From Candidatus Eiseniibacteriota bacterium (GTDB lineage: Bacteria > Eisenbacteria > RBG-16-71-46 > CAIMUX01 > VGJL01), in assembly GCA_963792585.1 (NCBI GenBank), contig CAWBWI010000001.1, positions 1,792,001-1,856,000 of the forward strand: a DNA stretch of 64,000 bases. Reading direction: 5' to 3'. Shown in pieces: positions 60,847-64,000 of this stretch. The position numbers and the translations under genes are program-made. The notes under the pieces were generated by a model. It worked only from the letters and a program-made list of their open reading frames with translations. It had not been told where the DNA came from and searched no databases. Within the stretch, counting starts at the first letter, position 1, and every line of letters starts with the position of its first letter.

Positions 60847-61437
60847 TCACGGGCCGGAGGGAGGCGCGATACCCGTGTCGGGCAGTTGTTCTTGCCAGAA
60901 GCGCCGATACCCGCGACGAAACCCGTCCACAAAGAAGCGCTCGAAGTCCCCAGGTTCGAGGGTCCGGTATTCCTGGAATTTCCTCAGCATCTCCTCCCAG
61001 ATTGCCTGCACCAGGAGGGGTTTCCAACCGGAACTCAATCGCAGCGGGCCCACCTGCACACTTCCACCCTCGAAAGCCTCGCGAAGCCGTTCCGGATCCA
61101 CGCTTTGCAGCAACTCGCGCGCGCCATCCTGGGTTGCCTGCTGGTATCCCTCGAGCAGCGCGGCGTGGTGGATTTTGAGTTCGTGGATCCCCATCTCCAA
61201 CTCGCGGAGGGCTTCACTCCACTCGTGGGGGTTGAACAGCCGCTCTGCGAGCATCTCGGGCCGAAGGACGGTGCCGGGCGTTTCAGAAGTGGAGAGCCCG
61301 TAGACGCGTCGGAACTCCTCCATTCCTCGACGCATCTCCAGGTAGAATCCCAGGAGAACAAGATTCAATTCACCTAACCGGGAGGGAGCGCTTCTGGCAC
61401 CCGGCCCGGCACCCGGAATCGCGCCCTCTGCTTCCAT
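60847..61437 (-). CDS. TagH-like C-terminal domain protein lacking an FHA domain
   Basis: ELKIHHAALLEGYQ.A....LL..VDPE.L, W......Y and F...F...FRRGY resemble the TagH/Fha C-terminus; only 196 aa. Confidence 0.65.
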   Translation of the reverse strand: MEAEGAIPGAGPGARSAPSRLGELNLVLLGFYLEMRRGMEEFRRVYGLSTSETPGTVLRPEMLAERLFNPHEWSEALRELEMGIHELKIHHAALLEGYQQATQDGARELLQSVDPERLREAFEGGSVQVGPLRLSSGWKPLLVQAIWEEMLRKFQEYRTLEPGDFERFFVDGFRRGYRRFWQEQLPDTGIAPPSGP

Positions 61438-61495
61438 ATCTCCTAATGCCTCTCTGTGCGGAGATGAGGTGAACGATATTCGCACGAAACATGAA

Positions 61496-61551
61496 TTGAC
61501 CGTACGCTTTGAAGAACTATAGAACTTAATGCGTCTGAATCGATTGGTCAA
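61496..61551. promoter_or_regulatory. Overlapping divergent sigma70-like promoters for the T6SS operon and the rightward genes
   Basis: Plus strand TTGACC(61496)-N16-TATAGA; minus strand TTGACC(61551)-N17-TAAGTT; the -10 elements abut in an AT-rich gap. Confidence 0.55.
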
Positions 61552-61621
61552 GAACTAGCGGGATTCTCCGGGGACGACCCGGCTCCCAAACAAGGCGGCC
61601 AACGCGAGATTCTGGATCTAG

Positions 61622-61843
61622 GTGAATCGGGCAACCCTAACAGGTGCTTCACTCTCCTCCCCTCGGAGAGCAACGGGGCCACCATCCGGACCCCAGTCTG
61701 TGGGCTGGGTGCCATTCATTCTCTCCCTCCTCCTCCTGATTGGCTGCTTGTTTCTGTCACGTGCGTGGCCCGATGCCCCCATCCATGAAATGGAACGGCT
61801 CTTGAGCCCGGATGTCGGGCGGTCGGAGGGAGTGGAGCGGTGA
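61622..61843 (+). CDS. Possible small membrane protein
   Basis: One hydrophobic segment (WVPFILSLLLLIGCLFL); GTGA overlap with the next ORF; weak RBS. Confidence 0.35.
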   Translation: MNRATLTGASLSSPRRATGPPSGPQSVGWVPFILSLLLLIGCLFLSRAWPDAPIHEMERLLSPDVGRSEGVER

Positions 61844-62892
61844 GCGCGCAGGGAGCCTCGGGCAAAAGGCAGCGTCCGCGCCGGCCTGGGGATCGCGTAC
61901 CGGTTTCCGCAGGCGGGGTTTTGTGGCGTCTGGTCGGGATGATGTTGTGGCGCATGGCCCGGCCGGAGACCTTGCCCGTTCCCCCACTTGACGGCCCCCA
62001 AGTGACCATGGGTCCTCCCATGACGGCCCCGCGCCTGGCGCTGGCGCGGCTTCTCCGCATCGTCTCGGTCATCGGGCTCTTCGCCTCCGTTTGCGTCATT
62101 GGGATCAGCGCGATCGCCGTCGATCGCCTCATCTCGATCCGAGCAAACCTCATGACCAATCCGGAGGGCGAAACACTGCTCCAACAGGCCGATCGGCTGG
62201 AAAGGAGCGTTGATGGCGCTTGGTGGTTTCGGTTCTACCCCGACTATCCGCGCCGGCTTGCCCAGATCAGCATGGAATTGCGCAATGGTAGGCTGGCTCT
62301 CATCGATGCGGCCGTGAAGTATGGCGCATGCCGCGAGGCGCTCTCGTCGCTCGGACTTCCAGCCAGGCTCGTGCGCGGAGCCGAGATCACGACGCCCTTG
62401 GCGGAAGCGATCGCCAAGGTACCGACTCAGTTTCATCGAGAAACCGTAACTTATCTTCAGATTGAATCCGAGATTCGCCCCTACAGGCGACCGGAGCAAA
62501 ATCGGACCGTTCTCACGGGGGTCTTGTCTTCCTGCCCGACGGGCCACGGTCTCCTCATCGCAGGGCTCGATCGGGACGGGAGCATCAAGTGGAGGACTCC
62601 CGATCCGGTGCAGAGTGGAAAAGGGTTCAACATCCATCTGGCAGCAGTCGCCACCGTGCGTCTGACCGATCTCTTCAGACCTGCCGGGGCCGGTCCGTGG
62701 AAGGTCGTCGAGACCGTGGACGTTCCTTTCGAGACCTGGGACGATGGCCCAGTCCCCTTCGCGAGCGCGGAGACTCCGTTCCAGGTAACGTTTGCCCGCG
62801 AGGAGGATGCGCAAGCTCCGAAACTCGCCAAGCTGTCGGCGTATGCACGAGCTGTCATCGCCCCCCTGCCATCGGCTCTTCGCGGCGGTTGA
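61840..62892 (+). CDS. Hypothetical membrane-anchored protein
   Basis: One strong TM (IVSVIGLFASVCVIGISAIAV) followed by a soluble domain; start uncertain. Confidence 0.55.
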   Translation: MSAQGASGKRQRPRRPGDRVPVSAGGVLWRLVGMMLWRMARPETLPVPPLDGPQVTMGPPMTAPRLALARLLRIVSVIGLFASVCVIGISAIAVDRLISIRANLMTNPEGETLLQQADRLERSVDGAWWFRFYPDYPRRLAQISMELRNGRLALIDAAVKYGACREALSSLGLPARLVRGAEITTPLAEAIAKVPTQFHRETVTYLQIESEIRPYRRPEQNRTVLTGVLSSCPTGHGLLIAGLDRDGSIKWRTPDPVQSGKGFNIHLAAVATVRLTDLFRPAGAGPWKVVETVDVPFETWDDGPVPFASAETPFQVTFAREEDAQAPKLAKLSAYARAVIAPLPSALRGG

Positions 62893-63061
62893 CAGTGGAC
62901 ATGAGAGATCTCCAAATGGCCTCCGTGGATTCCGGTGGTATATTGTGGATCCACTCACCGAACATGCGAAGTCTCAGCCCCGATTCGTTTCGGCCGGGAA
63001 ACTCGGGGCCCGGGGCCGGACCCCGCCGCTTCCGCCGGATGTGCAGAACGAGGAGGGTAGG

Positions 63062-64000
63062 TTGGTAAAGCGATCTCGTCCACCGGTGGTCGGTTGCCTC
63101 GGTCTCGCGGCCCTCTTCTTGCTTGTCACCACACTGCTCTCTTCATGTGGAGGGAAGAAAAAAGAACTCATCTTCATCGTGGGGGATGAGGACGGGGCGC
63201 GGGTGCAGGGTCTGGTGATCAGCGATGTCGGCTCCGGCGCGCGATTGGGAGTCAGCGATGAAAACGGACAGGTCAGCCTCATGCTTGCGCGACCCAAGGA
63301 CTCCCGCCTCTTTCTTCGTCTAGCCTCGCCCGAGCAGGACGGACGGCCCCTCTACATCCTCGAGGACGAGGAAATCGAGATCGTGGACCAGGACTTGAAG
63401 AGAGGCCGCCGCGTGATTCGCGTCGAACGCAGCGCTCCGCCCGAGAGCACCATCGTCGAGGTGGCGAGCTTCCGAATTGCGTCCGATCCGCCGGGCGCGA
63501 CGGTCTTGATCAACGGGGTGGACAAAGGCCTCACACCGGCGGATCTGATTGATCTCTCCCCGGGGAGGATCCACGTTGAGTTGCGGCTGGACGGGTACCA
63601 GCCGTGGAGCAAGGATCTTCTGCTCACAGCAGAAGGGACGGCAGATACGATCGTCTTGCAGAAGGCTGCGGACACCATGGCTTCCGTGCGGGTCGAATCC
63701 AGTCCCAAGGGCGCCACGATCGCGCTCGACGAAAGGGGAACGGGCGAGAAGACACCGGCAACGCTGACCGGTCTGCGGCCGGGGCGGCACACGATACGAC
63801 TCGAGCTGGCCGGTTACGAGCCGACCGGAACGAGGGTCGAACTGCGGGCCGGCGAGCAGGCGCAGGTCAAACTCCAACTTCAACCCACCGGTGGCCCTGA
63901 TGAACCGGTCCCGCCCCCACCACCGCCCAAGCCCAAGAGGATCACCTACAGCGTGAGCGCGAAGCCTTGGGCTCTCGTATACGTGGACGGCGATCCGGTG
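63062..64000 (+). CDS. PEGA-domain lipoprotein, truncated by the right edge
   Basis: AGGAGG then TTG; MVKRSRPPVVGCLGLAALFLLVTTLLSSC lipobox; repeats SDPPGATVLING..KG.TP...PG...V...LDGY and SSPKGATI.LD...KTP...PG.H.I...LAGY; a third begins KPWALVYVDG. Not in the ORF track. Confidence 0.85.
   Translation, partial: MVKRSRPPVVGCLGLAALFLLVTTLLSSCGGKKKELIFIVGDEDGARVQGLVISDVGSGARLGVSDENGQVSLMLARPKDSRLFLRLASPEQDGRPLYILEDEEIEIVDQDLKRGRRVIRVERSAPPESTIVEVASFRIASDPPGATVLINGVDKGLTPADLIDLSPGRIHVELRLDGYQPWSKDLLLTAEGTADTIVLQKAADTMASVRVESSPKGATIALDERGTGEKTPATLTGLRPGRHTIRLELAGYEPTGTRVELRAGEQAQVKLQLQPTGGPDEPVPPPPPPKPKRITYSVSAKPWALVYVDGDPV

Noticed and set aside
61618..62958. 446-aa minus-strand ORF as an extra upstream T6SS gene
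   Set aside because: Arg/Pro-rich with no motifs; the plus-strand ORF with a clear TM segment is more credible.
1..64000. CRISPR arrays, tRNA or rRNA genes, integron attC arrays
   Set aside because: No regularly spaced repeats or recognisable structural RNA sequences were seen by eye.

Overview
GC-rich bacterial window with three parts. (1) 1-25.2 kb, mixed housekeeping and secretome genes: a membrane sensor histidine kinase (cut by the left edge), a 7-heme cytochrome c, a stand-alone Clp N-domain protein, a SAM methyltransferase, four secreted proteins with FlgD-Ig/T9SS-like C-terminal domains (C25 gingipain-like peptidase, six-hairpin-like protein, esterase, BNR/Vps10 propeller protein), an IS1380 element inserted in the esterase C-terminal domain, a multiply frameshifted M16 peptidase, a GNAT, a hydrogenase-maturation-protease-like protein, DUF885, ychF and a diheme cytochrome c. 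The C-terminal domains suggest an FCB-related lineage such as Ca. Eisenbacteria (inference only). (2) 33.7-61.4 kb, minus strand: a complete proteobacterial/myxobacterial-type T6SS (tagH-like, tssJKLM, tagF, tssA, tssBC, hcp, tssEFG, tssH, a CsgG-like gene, vgrG) ending in an effector module (DUF6484, DUF2169, ketosynthase-like adaptor, DUF4150-PAAR/GHH2-type nuclease, beta-propeller candidate immunity protein, TIGR02270). (3) 25.5-33.6 kb, plus strand, converging on the T6SS: a tightly packed six-gene operon encoding a TPR/CsgG/peptidoglycan-binding lipoprotein, an outer-membrane barrel, a methyltransferase with a PqqD/RRE-like tail, and two divergent single-chain TssB-TssC sheath fusions flanking a small HExxH (DUF922-like) protein. 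This operon is the best candidate for an undescribed system. Many genes carry single-base frameshifts, mostly in homopolymers, most simply explained by long-read errors. All family assignments come from motif recognition by eye; no searches were run.
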